A stretch of DNA of 64,000 nucleotides, from the NCBI GenBank assembly GCA_965204245.1, contig CBDBED010000007.1, positions 119,535-183,534 on the forward strand. Direction: 5' to 3'. The DNA is from Dehalococcoidia bacterium. GTDB lineage: Bacteria; Chloroflexota; Dehalococcoidia; Lucifugimonadales; JAAXIE01. The first letter of the stretch is position 1. Each line of letters opens with the position of its first letter. A program made the position numbers and the translations under genes. This document shows positions 8,637 to 17,973 of the stretch, one piece after another. Under the pieces are notes generated by a model. That model made no database searches and was not told the origin of the DNA. It saw only the letters and a list, made by a program, of their open reading frames with translations.

Positions 8637-9962
8637 ATGCTCACAGCGGAAGAAAATGAGATGCTCACCAAGGTCGGGCCCGGCACTCCCATGGGCAAGC
8701 TTATGCGGGAGCACTGGATACCAGCCTTCATGTCCTCGGAGTTGGACGGGCCAGACGGCCCGCCGCTTCGTGTCAGGCTTCTAGGTGAGAATCTCATCGC
8801 CTTCCGCGCCAGTTCGGGCAAGATCGGACTGCTGGCCCACAATTGCCCCCATCGCGGCGCTTCCCTCTTTTTCGGGCGCAACGAGGACGAGGGCTTGCGC
8901 TGCGTTTATCACGGGTGGAAGTTCGATATCGAAGGGCGTTGCCTCGATATGCCCGCCGAGCCACCCGAGAGCGACTTCAAGGACAAGGTGCGGGCCACGG
9001 CCTACCCCACGCGAGAGCGCAATGGCCTCGTCTGGGCCTACATGGGGCCGCGCTCTGAACCCCCTCCTCTACCCGACCTTGAGCCCAACATGCAGGACGG
9101 AGGTGAGAGCCAAATATGGACGGCCCTGCGCGAATGCAACTGGCTACAGGGTCTGGAAGGCGACATCGACACGTCACACTTGGCCATCCTGCACTTGGGT
9201 GGGGCCTCTGAAGAGGACCTGGTTCCCGGCAGTTTCGACTACTACACCGTTCGCGACTGGCAACCCCGTTACCGGGTCATCGACACCGATGCTGGCACGT
9301 CCTATGGCGCCTACCGCCCCGTTGAGGACGACCAGTATTACTGGAGGCTAGCCCATTTTCTATTCCCCTGCTTCACCTTCATCCCCACTGGCGTGCTGGG
9401 TGTCCAAGTGATGGTGCGCATGTGGGTGCCCGTGGACGACGACCACACCATGTTCTGGCACATCTCCAACCCTGTCAGCCGGAGGATGGTGGAAAGGTCG
9501 GGGAACATCACGTCGGCGGGCAACAGCGGCATCACCGGGACCACCAGCCGTCCACGCTACCTGCCCAACAACACTGGCTGGCTGGGCCGCTGGCGCTTGG
9601 CCGACGATTTCAACAACGACTACAGCATTGACCGCGAGGTGCAGAAAAACGGCAGCTTCACCGGCATCGACGGCATCCACTTGCAGGACCAAGCCATCAC
9701 CGAGAGCATGGGCAGCACCATCGACCGCACCAAGGAAAACCTAGGCAACAGCGACCTCATGATCGCACGCACCCGCCGACGCATGCTCCAAGCCTGCCGC
9801 GACATGATGGAGGGCGTCACCCCCGCCACGGTGGATGATCCCGCCTTATACCGCACGCGGGCAGGAGGCGTACTGCTTCCGCGGGATAGGGACTGGCTGG
9901 AGGGAACCGCCGAACTGCGCAAGGCCTTTGTCGACCACCCGGAGCTTACGGCCCATATGTAG
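8637..9962 (+). CDS. Rieske non-haem-iron oxygenase alpha subunit, tandem paralogue
   Basis: By manual alignment there are 11 differences in the first ~138 residues versus 7207..8577. It has the same CPHRG...CVYHGW and EGDIDTSHLAILH motifs. GAAGGAGAG lies upstream of the ATG. Confidence 0.9.
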   Translation: MLTAEENEMLTKVGPGTPMGKLMREHWIPAFMSSELDGPDGPPLRVRLLGENLIAFRASSGKIGLLAHNCPHRGASLFFGRNEDEGLRCVYHGWKFDIEGRCLDMPAEPPESDFKDKVRATAYPTRERNGLVWAYMGPRSEPPPLPDLEPNMQDGGESQIWTALRECNWLQGLEGDIDTSHLAILHLGGASEEDLVPGSFDYYTVRDWQPRYRVIDTDAGTSYGAYRPVEDDQYYWRLAHFLFPCFTFIPTGVLGVQVMVRMWVPVDDDHTMFWHISNPVSRRMVERSGNITSAGNSGITGTTSRPRYLPNNTGWLGRWRLADDFNNDYSIDREVQKNGSFTGIDGIHLQDQAITESMGSTIDRTKENLGNSDLMIARTRRRMLQACRDMMEGVTPATVDDPALYRTRAGGVLLPRDRDWLEGTAELRKAFVDHPELTAHM

Positions 9963-9987
9963 CGCCCGCCGGGCGAATAGACAGGAC

Positions 9988-10929
9988 TTACTGCGGATTG
10001 TCCCGCAGCCAGTCGATGTACTCCCGGATACCAGCCGCGATGTCATACTCAGGCTCGTACCCGGTATCGCCATTAGTGCGCGAGATGTCCATCGCAGGGT
10101 TGCGGTCAACTCCGCCCGGCGTCAGGGCTGAGCAGCGAGCCTCTGGGATAACACCTCTCACCGCATCGAATATCTGGCGGTTGTTCGTGGCCTGTCCGCT
10201 GCCCACGTTATAGGTGCGGTGGTTGAGTGTCTCCGCCGTATGTAGCATCTGAATCCCGCGGGCCGCATCCTTCACGTAAGTCCAGTCGCTGGCATCGGAC
10301 TCCAACAGGGAACCATTCGGTCTGTCGCTGAAGTCCGGCTCCTCGTCCCTGAGGGCGGCATGGCACATCCGGCTGGCTGGGTTGAACATGCTGTAATACA
10401 GCGGCCCATAGATGCTTCCGATCCTCAGTGAGACCACGTTCAGGTTGGCGCGGGACGCGTAGTAGAAAGCATGGGTCTCCATGGCCTTCTTGAAGGCCTC
10501 CACCATGGTGCGGGACTCGATAGGCAAGGGTGCGTCCTCGTGAAAGGGGCCCTGAGGCAGACCGGCATAGACCGAACCCGAACTGCCGAGGCACACCCGC
10601 TTCACGTCAAAAGTCCGCGCTGCCTCCAGCACATTTTGCAGACCCACGGTGTAGAGACGGTAGTCCGCCGCGGGCGTGGTCGCACGGGCTGGCGGGGCCA
10701 TCAGATTGATGATGCTATCGATCTCGCGACGGCGCATTACGTCGAACAGGTTGTATGCGTCTGTAACGTCAAGTTGCTCGACGAACACGTCCTTCTCAAG
10801 ATGGGGCTCCAGCGCTGCGGGCACGCGGCGGGTCGCGAACTGTGTATTCACCGCGGGATAACCTGCTTCCACCAGCCGTAGAGTCGTATGCAGGCCGATA
10901 AAGCCCATTCCTCCAATGAGAAGAATCAT
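9988..10929 (-). CDS. NAD-dependent epimerase/dehydratase family (extended SDR) protein
   Basis: N-terminal ILLIGGMGFIGLH (GxxGxxG) and a YYASR (YxxxK-like) region. 313 aa. Confidence 0.85.
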   Translation of the reverse strand: MILLIGGMGFIGLHTTLRLVEAGYPAVNTQFATRRVPAALEPHLEKDVFVEQLDVTDAYNLFDVMRRREIDSIINLMAPPARATTPAADYRLYTVGLQNVLEAARTFDVKRVCLGSSGSVYAGLPQGPFHEDAPLPIESRTMVEAFKKAMETHAFYYASRANLNVVSLRIGSIYGPLYYSMFNPASRMCHAALRDEEPDFSDRPNGSLLESDASDWTYVKDAARGIQMLHTAETLNHRTYNVGSGQATNNRQIFDAVRGVIPEARCSALTPGGVDRNPAMDISRTNGDTGYEPEYDIAAGIREYIDWLRDNPQ

Positions 10930-10960
10930 CGCAAGACCTCCGGCCCGGGTGGGGCATTCG

Positions 10961-10998
10961 AATAAAGCAGTAGGGGCAACCTCAACGGTTGCCCCTAC
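10961..10998 (-). terminator. intrinsic terminator downstream of the minus-strand Rieske gene
   Basis: Perfect 12-bp stem GTAGGGGCAACC / GGTTGCCCCTAC (10970-10981 and 10987-10998) with a 5-nt loop. On the minus strand it is followed by TGCTTTATT. Confidence 0.7.
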
Positions 10999-11025
10999 AT
11001 CATAGTCGCTTGGGAACCTGTCGCT

Positions 11026-12303
11026 CTAGCGGATGGTCGCCGCCGGCGTGCTCGGGTACATGTCATCCATCAGCTCTTCATGCCAGTCCACGCCGGGAGC
11101 GAACAAATCTTCCGCAGCCCTGATGTGGTAGTAGCTGGCACCCACACCGGGCGGGTCGCCCCCGTCTTCCACCGTCTTCGTGGCCTCTTCCAAGAGCTTA
11201 CGCGCCTGCACGATGGCAATGTCGGCAGGCCCCAGGAACTCCTTGCTGCGGTCGACGACAGGGCCCATGCACTCCTGGACCGCCCTGTCCTGGGTGTTGA
11301 TGCCCTTGATGCCGGAGAAGGTCTCGTGCTTCTGCACCTCGCGGTCAATGAGCCAGTTGTTGCCCTTGTTACGGATGGAGCGGAAGCCATTCTCAATGAT
11401 AACGTCGGTGCCGAAGTTGTTGCCCGAGCCACGCTCGTAGCTCTCGTCCGGGCTCAGCGGCTGCTCGGCGAAGCTGTAACCGAAGTTCCACACCATCACA
11501 TTGTGGTCGTCGATTGGCACCCAGAAATGTCCGTCCACCATGTGGGGAGCGCCCGTGCTGGGGCGCAACTGGGTAAAGGGCATCACATAGTGGTATGCGC
11601 GCACGTAGGTGCTCTCATCCTCCATGGGGCGGACCCCGTAGTAGCGATAGCCGTAGTCGGTGTTCTCCACCTGTAGCTTGGGAGCGCGCCCCTGCACGAA
11701 AGCGGAGTTCAGGGGAATACCCGGCTGCTCGGTGTCGGCACTGATGCGGCGGTGGAGGATCGGAGCATGAGAGGTATCGATGCCGCCTTCCAGCCCTTGC
11801 AGCCAGTTGCACTCTTGCAAGACCTTGGTGGTATACCGGTGGGAGGCTGGCACCTGAGTCCACTCGAACCGTGGCACCGGGGGCTTCTTGTCGGCAGGCC
11901 CCATGTACGCCCAGACCACGTCGCCCATCTCCACGGTGGGATAGGCCTTGATCTGCACCTTGTCGGCGAAGCTGACTGGTTCGTTCATCTGGTCGGTGCA
12001 GTTCCCGTCCACGTCATACTTCCAGCCATGGAACACGCACCGCAGACCGCACTCCTCGTTTCGTCCCAGCCACAGCGAGGCGCGCCGGTGCGGGCAGAAC
12101 TCGTCCAGCAGGCCGATGCGTCCATTGGTGTCGCGGAATGCAATCAAATCCTCGCCCAGCAACCTCACACGGACGGGAGGGCAGTCGGGCTCGCCCACTT
12201 CAAAGGAAAGGAGCGCCGGTATCCAGTAACGCCGGATGGTGTCGCCCATTGGAGTGCCCGGCCCGATTTCAGTGAGGGTCTTATTCAGCTCCTTTGTTAC
12301 CAC
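11026..12303 (-). CDS. Rieske non-haem-iron oxygenase alpha subunit (third, more divergent paralogue)
   Basis: CPHRRASLWLGRNEECGLRCVFHGW and EGGIDTSHAPILH motifs. 425 aa. Confidence 0.9.
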   Translation of the reverse strand: MVTKELNKTLTEIGPGTPMGDTIRRYWIPALLSFEVGEPDCPPVRVRLLGEDLIAFRDTNGRIGLLDEFCPHRRASLWLGRNEECGLRCVFHGWKYDVDGNCTDQMNEPVSFADKVQIKAYPTVEMGDVVWAYMGPADKKPPVPRFEWTQVPASHRYTTKVLQECNWLQGLEGGIDTSHAPILHRRISADTEQPGIPLNSAFVQGRAPKLQVENTDYGYRYYGVRPMEDESTYVRAYHYVMPFTQLRPSTGAPHMVDGHFWVPIDDHNVMVWNFGYSFAEQPLSPDESYERGSGNNFGTDVIIENGFRSIRNKGNNWLIDREVQKHETFSGIKGINTQDRAVQECMGPVVDRSKEFLGPADIAIVQARKLLEEATKTVEDGGDPPGVGASYYHIRAAEDLFAPGVDWHEELMDDMYPSTPAATIR

Positions 12304-12434
12304 GCGATACCTCCTCTAATCTGCAACTCCGCTGGAGTATCCCGGCTACCAGCGGCAGAGGGTTTTGGTCGCGAATCATACTAGGGATGGCAGGTTTGGA
12401 TGTCAACCTGAATGGATATAGTAGATATGTAAAG

Positions 12435-12463
12435 TTGCAACCTGCGCCACTTGCGCCTAAAGT
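12435..12463 (+). promoter_or_regulatory. candidate promoter for the VOC-family gene, in a divergent intergenic region
   Basis: TTGCAA (12435-12440), a 17-nt spacer, then TAAAGT (12458-12463), followed by AAGGAGGAG and the ATG at 12493. Confidence 0.4.
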
Positions 12464-12492
12464 ATGCACCAACTCACCTAAGGAGGAGAGCC

Positions 12493-12831
12493 ATGGAGCG
12501 ACCCAGGATTCGACACATTGCCATCAACGCCCAGGACCGCGAGGCCGAGGCCACCTACTACAAGTCCGTTTTCGGCTTGGAAGAAAAGGAACGCGGCCCC
12601 AACGGCACCATCTACCTCTCCGACGGCCATATCGGCGTCGCCATCATCAACGTGCCCACCCAGCCCTATGGCGTGAACCACTTCGGCTTCCATGTCGATA
12701 GCGTCGACACCATTGAGGAACGCGCCGACACCACCGCCGAACGCAACACTCCCGGCGCAGTGGGCGAGTGCTGGATACGCGACGGCGAGGGCTATCGCGT
12801 GGACGTCTCCGAAGTCAGCTGGCCCATCTAA
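12493..12831 (+). CDS. VOC (glyoxalase/bleomycin-resistance/extradiol dioxygenase) family protein
   Basis: I chose the ATG at 12493, which has AGGAGGAG 5 nt upstream. IRHIAINAQD and VNHFGFHV are typical VOC beta-alpha-beta-beta-beta module motifs. Confidence 0.75.
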   Translation: MERPRIRHIAINAQDREAEATYYKSVFGLEEKERGPNGTIYLSDGHIGVAIINVPTQPYGVNHFGFHVDSVDTIEERADTTAERNTPGAVGECWIRDGEGYRVDVSEVSWPI

Positions 12832-12850
12832 CTCAGCCGGCTTCCGATAT

Positions 12851-12936
12851 CACCCCCATTTCCCCTGACCTGTGGTATGCCTGCGCCTTCGTCCGAGGGC
12901 TAGGGTAAAGACTCCCGTGCCAGGGGAATGGGGGTG
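12851..12936. repeat. long-range inverted repeat (about 16-bp arms, about 53-nt spacer) in the leader of the XDH-family gene
   Basis: CACCCCCATTTCCCCTG (12851-12867) pairs with CAGGGGAATGGGGGTG (12921-12936). The arms are complementary except for one missing A. Confidence 0.6.
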
Positions 12937-12984
12937 CGAGCTTCAATCGAGAATTAACCCTAGTTACACGAGGCAGGTGCAACG

Positions 12985-15297
12985 GTGACAACCTATGTGG
13001 GCATGAGCATGAAGCGGTTCGAGGACCCGCAACTTCTGCAGGGCGTCGGCACCTATGTTGAGGATGTCCAACTGCCCAATATGCTCCACGGGGCGGTCCT
13101 CCACAGCCCCCATGCCCATGCCCGCATCCGTTCCATTGACATCACCGAGGCCATCAACGCTCCGGGCGTCCTCAGGGTGGTCACTGCCAGCGACCTGCCG
13201 GGGGCCAACAACTCCCTGCGTGTGGCCCCCAACCTTCCCGACGTTCTAGGGCCCGATAAGACGACTCCAGCCCACCCCATCCTGGCAACGGACCGCGTGC
13301 GTTATGTCGGCGAACCCGTGGCCGTCGTCGTGGCAGAAACCCGCTATCAGGCCCGTGATGCCCTCGACCTGATCCGCGTCGACTACGAGCCTCTTCCGGT
13401 GGTGGTTGACCCCGATGATGCCATCAAGGACGAGGTCATTCTCCACGAGGATTTGGGCAGCAACATCCTCCTCCGCGTAGACGAACCCCACGATGACCTC
13501 ACCGAGGCATTCGCTCAAGCCGACCGCATTCTGAAGGGCAGCTTCGAGTCCAAGCGGGTCACTCCCGCAGCCATGGAAAACAGGGGTGTGGTCGCGGCCT
13601 ATGACCGCGAGTCCGATGTTCTCACGGTCTGGAGTTCCACCCAGTCACCTCACAACGACAAGGGCCAACTGGCCTATATGCTCAACCGCCAACCGAACAC
13701 CATACGGGTCATCGCGCCCGATGTCGGTGGTGGTTTCGGCGGCAAGAACCTGCGTCCCGACATGGGGGCGATATGCTACTTGGCAGTGGAGCTTGGGCGT
13801 CCCATCAAGTGCATTGAAGACCGCAGCGAGAACATGACCTTCTATCACTCTCGTGGGGCCACCTGCGACGCTGAGGTCGCCGTTAAGAACGACGGCACCA
13901 TACTGGGCGTCCGCTACAACATGGTCTGGGACATTGGGGCCTACTTCGTGGGCTCCACTGCCGTGTCGCCCTACAATTTGGCACACCGCATGGCAGGTCC
14001 CTACAAAACTCCTCTGATGGATGTGCACCTCCTGGGAGTAGCCACCAACAAGCCCACCACTGGCCCTTACCGGAGCGCTGGCGGAGCCGAGGCCGGCTAT
14101 TTCTGCGAGCGCACCATGGACATGGTGGCCACCGAACTGGGCATCAGCACGGTGGATGTGCGCCGCCGGAACATGGTCCCCGAGGAAGCGATGCCATATC
14201 GCACGCCCACCGGTTATCTGTACGACAGCGGCGACTACAGCAAGATGCTCGACGACGCGGTCCAGTTGTCCGACTACCAGCAACTACTGCGGGAGCAGGA
14301 GCAAGCCCGACGGCAGGGCCGGCTTGTCGGCATCGGAGTCGCCACCTACATCAAGTCATCCGGTGGCGATGGGCCCCTGCGCGACAGCAACTCTCGCGTC
14401 GAAATCGAACGCGACGGCCATGTGAAAATCTGGACCGAGGCCTCACCCCACGGGCAGGGCAGCGAGACTACCTTTGCCCAGTTCGCAGCGGATGTCCTCG
14501 GCATCGTCCCTGAGCAGATAAGCGTCCTTCACGGGGACACCGACATGCTGGAAACAGGGGCAGGCACCGCCGCCAGCCGAGCCGTCGTGGTCAGCGGTAA
14601 CGCCGTTTACCTCGCATTGCAGCAGGCCCGCGAGAAAATGGCCCAGATCGGGGCCGACCTGTTCGGCTGCGCCCCCGACCAAGTGCAAATGCGGGATGGC
14701 AACCTGCATGCAGCAGGCTCCCCGGAACGCAGCGTCTCCTTTGCCGATGCTGCGCAACGCGCCTTCAGCGAGGAAACACTGCCCCCCGGAATGACCCCAG
14801 GTCTGGAGTTCACCAGCGAGTACACACTAGTCGACGCTGCCTTCCCTTACGGCGGTCAGATAATCATGGTGGAAGTGGACGAGGACACTGGCGACGTGAA
14901 GCTGCTGAAGCACTTTGGCGTTCACGATTGCGGCGTGATGATCAATCCCAAGCTCATCATCGGCCAGCACCATGGCGGCCTTGCCCAAGGCATAGGCCAA
15001 GCCATGAGCGAGGGCATCGACTACACGCCCGACGGCCAGCCCCTGAACAGCACCTTCCTCGACTATGGCCTTCCTCTGGCCGAGGACATGCCGGAGCCTG
15101 TGCTTCTGGACACCGAGACGCCCTCTCCCACGAACCCCATGCAGGTGAAGGGCGCGGGCGAAATCACCACCACCGGCACGGCGGTGGTGATCGTCAGTGC
15201 CGTTCTCGATGCATTGTCTCCCTTGGGGGTAAAGGACATCAATATGCCCTTGACTCCTTCCAGGGTCTGGCAGGCCATCCACGAGAGCAACTCATAG
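12985..15297 (+). CDS. xanthine dehydrogenase/aldehyde oxidase/CoxL-family molybdopterin-binding large subunit
   Basis: 770 aa. The N-terminal KRFEDPQLLQGVGTYVEDV, GGGFGGK and TTGPYRSAGG regions are typical of the family. The start is uncertain (GTG 12985, or ATG 13003/13009). Confidence 0.9.
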   Translation: MTTYVGMSMKRFEDPQLLQGVGTYVEDVQLPNMLHGAVLHSPHAHARIRSIDITEAINAPGVLRVVTASDLPGANNSLRVAPNLPDVLGPDKTTPAHPILATDRVRYVGEPVAVVVAETRYQARDALDLIRVDYEPLPVVVDPDDAIKDEVILHEDLGSNILLRVDEPHDDLTEAFAQADRILKGSFESKRVTPAAMENRGVVAAYDRESDVLTVWSSTQSPHNDKGQLAYMLNRQPNTIRVIAPDVGGGFGGKNLRPDMGAICYLAVELGRPIKCIEDRSENMTFYHSRGATCDAEVAVKNDGTILGVRYNMVWDIGAYFVGSTAVSPYNLAHRMAGPYKTPLMDVHLLGVATNKPTTGPYRSAGGAEAGYFCERTMDMVATELGISTVDVRRRNMVPEEAMPYRTPTGYLYDSGDYSKMLDDAVQLSDYQQLLREQEQARRQGRLVGIGVATYIKSSGGDGPLRDSNSRVEIERDGHVKIWTEASPHGQGSETTFAQFAADVLGIVPEQISVLHGDTDMLETGAGTAASRAVVVSGNAVYLALQQAREKMAQIGADLFGCAPDQVQMRDGNLHAAGSPERSVSFADAAQRAFSEETLPPGMTPGLEFTSEYTLVDAAFPYGGQIIMVEVDEDTGDVKLLKHFGVHDCGVMINPKLIIGQHHGGLAQGIGQAMSEGIDYTPDGQPLNSTFLDYGLPLAEDMPEPVLLDTETPSPTNPMQVKGAGEITTTGTAVVIVSAVLDALSPLGVKDINMPLTPSRVWQAIHESNS

Positions 15298-15315
15298 CGG
15301 GTAAGGCGGGGTTCC

Positions 15316-16314
15316 ATGGCTAGACTGCACTTGACCCTCGCATGCGGCCTCTATGACCGTACCATTCCCCTGTTGCTCGGCACCGTCGTCCCCGAGGGGA
15401 TTGAACTCAACTTCCTCCCCATGAGTCCCGGCGAGCTCTTCCGCCGCCAAGGCAGGCATGCCGAGTTTGATGTGGCCGAATTCTCCATGTCCACCCTCTC
15501 TCACCTGCGCGACGAGGGCGACCAGCGCTTGGTGGCGATCCCCGTTTTCCCTTCCCGCCGCTTCCGTCACTGCGACATGTTCATCAACACCAACTCGGGC
15601 ATCAACGGCCCTGCCGACTTGGCGGGCAAGCGCATCGGGGCTATGGAATACCAGCAGACCGCTGCTGTCTGGCAGAGGGGCATGCTCCAGCACGAGCACG
15701 GCGTCAGCCCCGACAAGATGGAGTGGTTCTTTGGCGGCTACAACGAGGCGGAGGTGTGGGAGGACCGCGTGCCTCTCACGCTGCCCTCCAATGTCAGCCA
15801 CCAAGTCATTCCCGAGGACAGGTCGCTGAACGATATGCTGGAGAGGGGCGAAATCCAAGCCCTCATCGGCGCAACCCCGCCCAAGGCTCTACAGCAGGGT
15901 TCGCCCAACGTAGCGCGCCTCTTCCCAAAGTATTGGGAAGCAGAGGCCGAGTACTACAAGCGCACGGGTATCTTCCCCATCATGCACACGTTGGTGGTGA
16001 AGCGCGAGATTTACGAAAAGCACCCATGGGTTGCCATGAGTTTGTACAAGGCCTTCCTGCAGGCCAAGACCGTTGGCAGGAGGGGCTTGCCGGGCTCCGG
16101 TACCCTCTTCTGCATGCTCCCTTGGCTGGCACAGCATCTGGATGACGTACAGGAACTCATGGGCGACGACCCCTTTGCCTACGGCATAAGCGCCAACCGC
16201 ATGGTGCTGGACACCTTCTACGCCTACGCCTTGGAGCAGGGCATGATCAGGAAAGCGACAACACCAGAGGAGATATTCGCCCCGGAAACCCACGCAGCCC
16301 CGTCTACCCTCTAG
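15316..16314 (+). CDS. 4,5-dihydroxyphthalate decarboxylase-like protein (NMT1/THI5-like periplasmic-binding-protein fold)
   Basis: The N-terminal LTLACGLYDRTIPLL and AEFDVAEFSMS resemble proteins annotated as 4,5-dihydroxyphthalate decarboxylase. There is no signal peptide. The call is from memory. Confidence 0.6.
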   Translation: MARLHLTLACGLYDRTIPLLLGTVVPEGIELNFLPMSPGELFRRQGRHAEFDVAEFSMSTLSHLRDEGDQRLVAIPVFPSRRFRHCDMFINTNSGINGPADLAGKRIGAMEYQQTAAVWQRGMLQHEHGVSPDKMEWFFGGYNEAEVWEDRVPLTLPSNVSHQVIPEDRSLNDMLERGEIQALIGATPPKALQQGSPNVARLFPKYWEAEAEYYKRTGIFPIMHTLVVKREIYEKHPWVAMSLYKAFLQAKTVGRRGLPGSGTLFCMLPWLAQHLDDVQELMGDDPFAYGISANRMVLDTFYAYALEQGMIRKATTPEEIFAPETHAAPSTL

Positions 16315-16368
16315 GGCAATGTGTAACAGGGGCCTCATGGATACCACCACAGAATCTGGAGGTGATGC

Positions 16369-16758
16369 ATGACTACGGTAGGTTCCAGGATATCGCTGAA
16401 CCGTATCGACCATGTGGTGCTCCACGTCAAGGACTTGGAGCGTTCCAAGCGCTTCTACATGGATTTGCTGGGCATGCGCGTCGAGCACGAGAGTTCGTGG
16501 CAGAGCTTCCTCTACCTTGGCCCCGACACCACCCAGATGGTCGCCCTGTTCGAGATCAAGGAAGGTGAGTTCGAGGGCCCCCGCGACATGAACCACATGG
16601 CCATGGTGTCCAGTCAAGGCGACTACGAGAGCATCAAGGCTACCCTGGAGGAGGCTGGTGTCCAAGTATCCGGGCGACCCGGCGACCCCAATTGCATATA
16701 CTTCAACGACCCTGACGATCACCGCTTGCAAATCATATATCCCGGAGAACACCACTAG
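16369..16758 (+). CDS. VOC-family (glyoxalase/extradiol dioxygenase-like) protein
   Basis: IDHVVLHVKDLERSKRFYMDLLGM and NHMAM motifs. GGAGGTG lies upstream of the ATG. Confidence 0.8.
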   Translation: MTTVGSRISLNRIDHVVLHVKDLERSKRFYMDLLGMRVEHESSWQSFLYLGPDTTQMVALFEIKEGEFEGPRDMNHMAMVSSQGDYESIKATLEEAGVQVSGRPGDPNCIYFNDPDDHRLQIIYPGEHH

Positions 16759-16824
16759 AGCCTTGTAATCCCACAAGCGACTTGGCCCATAAGAGAGCGA
16801 TGCCCTTATTGATAATGCCGCGTT

Positions 16825-17895
16825 ATGTTGAGAGGAACAGATAAGGTGAGGTTCGGCCATTTCTTCTACCCCATGACCCTGGATACCGGAGACGACGGAC
16901 AAGCCATTGACGACTGCATCTATGAGACCGAGCTGGTCGAGGACCTCGGCTTGGATGCCATTTGGCTTGCGGAGCACCACTTCATAGGCGAGGTCGCCTA
17001 TGGCGACCCGATGGTGTTCGCGGGCGTCGTCGCCGCCCACACCAAGCGCGTGGATATCGGCTTCGGCATCATCGAGATGGCTCTCCACCATCCCGTCCGC
17101 TTGGCAGTGCAGACGGCCCTTTTGGACCACCTGACCCGAGGCCGCTTGATAGTGGGCACTGGGCGTGGCTCCAACTTCAACGCCTTCGAATACACCGGCT
17201 TCGGCTCCACCGTGGACGCTGGCCCGGAAATGCTGAATGAAGCGGAAGACCTGCTGCTAAAGGCTTGGACTACCGAAAATGTAGACCACAAGGGTACCTA
17301 CTGGCAGGCTTCCTTCCCATCCATCCGCCCACGTCCATACCAGAAACCCCACCCGCGGCTTGCCCGGGCCTGCATCAATCTCGATTCCGTTGTGGAGATG
17401 GCCCGCATCGGACGCCCAATTCTCATGAGCAACCGCTCCACATCCGCCGCTGCCCATGCTCTTGCCCTTTACCGCGACACCATGGTCGAGTCGGGCTTCA
17501 GTGAGCAGCAGGTCGAACAGGCCATGGACCAGGTATGGATCTGGCGCGAATGTTACATCGCCGAGACCGACGACCAAGCCTTTGAAGAATGGCTCAGCCC
17601 CTTCGAACGGGCCAGCGCATACGTCGCCGAGAAACGGGTGTCTCTCAAGCCGCCCGATGTCTACGTGCCCACGCCCCCGCCACCACTATCCAAGGAGTCC
17701 TATGGCGAGGTCCCCAACCCTGACGCCAACGAACTCTTCGTCGGCTCGCCCAAGCGCGTCTCCGAACTCATTGCCATGCTGCGCGACGTAGGCGGCCGCA
17801 ACCTCATGCTCACCCACCGCGGCCTACCCAACCGCCAGCAGTCCACGAAGTACCTCAAGCTACTCAGCGAAAAAGTAATGCCCCTCTTCCGCTAA
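16825..17895 (+). CDS. LLM-class flavin-dependent oxidoreductase
   Basis: FGHFFYP, LGLDAIWLAEHHF and GRLIVGTGRG motifs. The true start may be the GTG at 16846. Confidence 0.85.
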   Translation: MLRGTDKVRFGHFFYPMTLDTGDDGQAIDDCIYETELVEDLGLDAIWLAEHHFIGEVAYGDPMVFAGVVAAHTKRVDIGFGIIEMALHHPVRLAVQTALLDHLTRGRLIVGTGRGSNFNAFEYTGFGSTVDAGPEMLNEAEDLLLKAWTTENVDHKGTYWQASFPSIRPRPYQKPHPRLARACINLDSVVEMARIGRPILMSNRSTSAAAHALALYRDTMVESGFSEQQVEQAMDQVWIWRECYIAETDDQAFEEWLSPFERASAYVAEKRVSLKPPDVYVPTPPPPLSKESYGEVPNPDANELFVGSPKRVSELIAMLRDVGGRNLMLTHRGLPNRQQSTKYLKLLSEKVMPLFR

Positions 17896-17973
17896 AAGAG
17901 GGGCCTATTCTCCCCTATCCATCGTTCGCCAAGGGCGCTATAGGAGGCGTCCCATGAGTCTCCTTATGCCCAA

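Noticed and set aside
12851-12936. Calling the inverted repeat a Moco riboswitch.
   Set aside because: I cannot reproduce the Moco consensus from memory, and the element is shorter than I recall for that class. It is kept only as an unexplained structured element.
12985-15297. Annotating the XDH-family proteins as CO dehydrogenase CoxL.
   Set aside because: The active-site loops read PYRSAGG and PFRGSGA rather than the VAYRCSFR characteristic of form I CODH. No coxM or coxS genes are adjacent.
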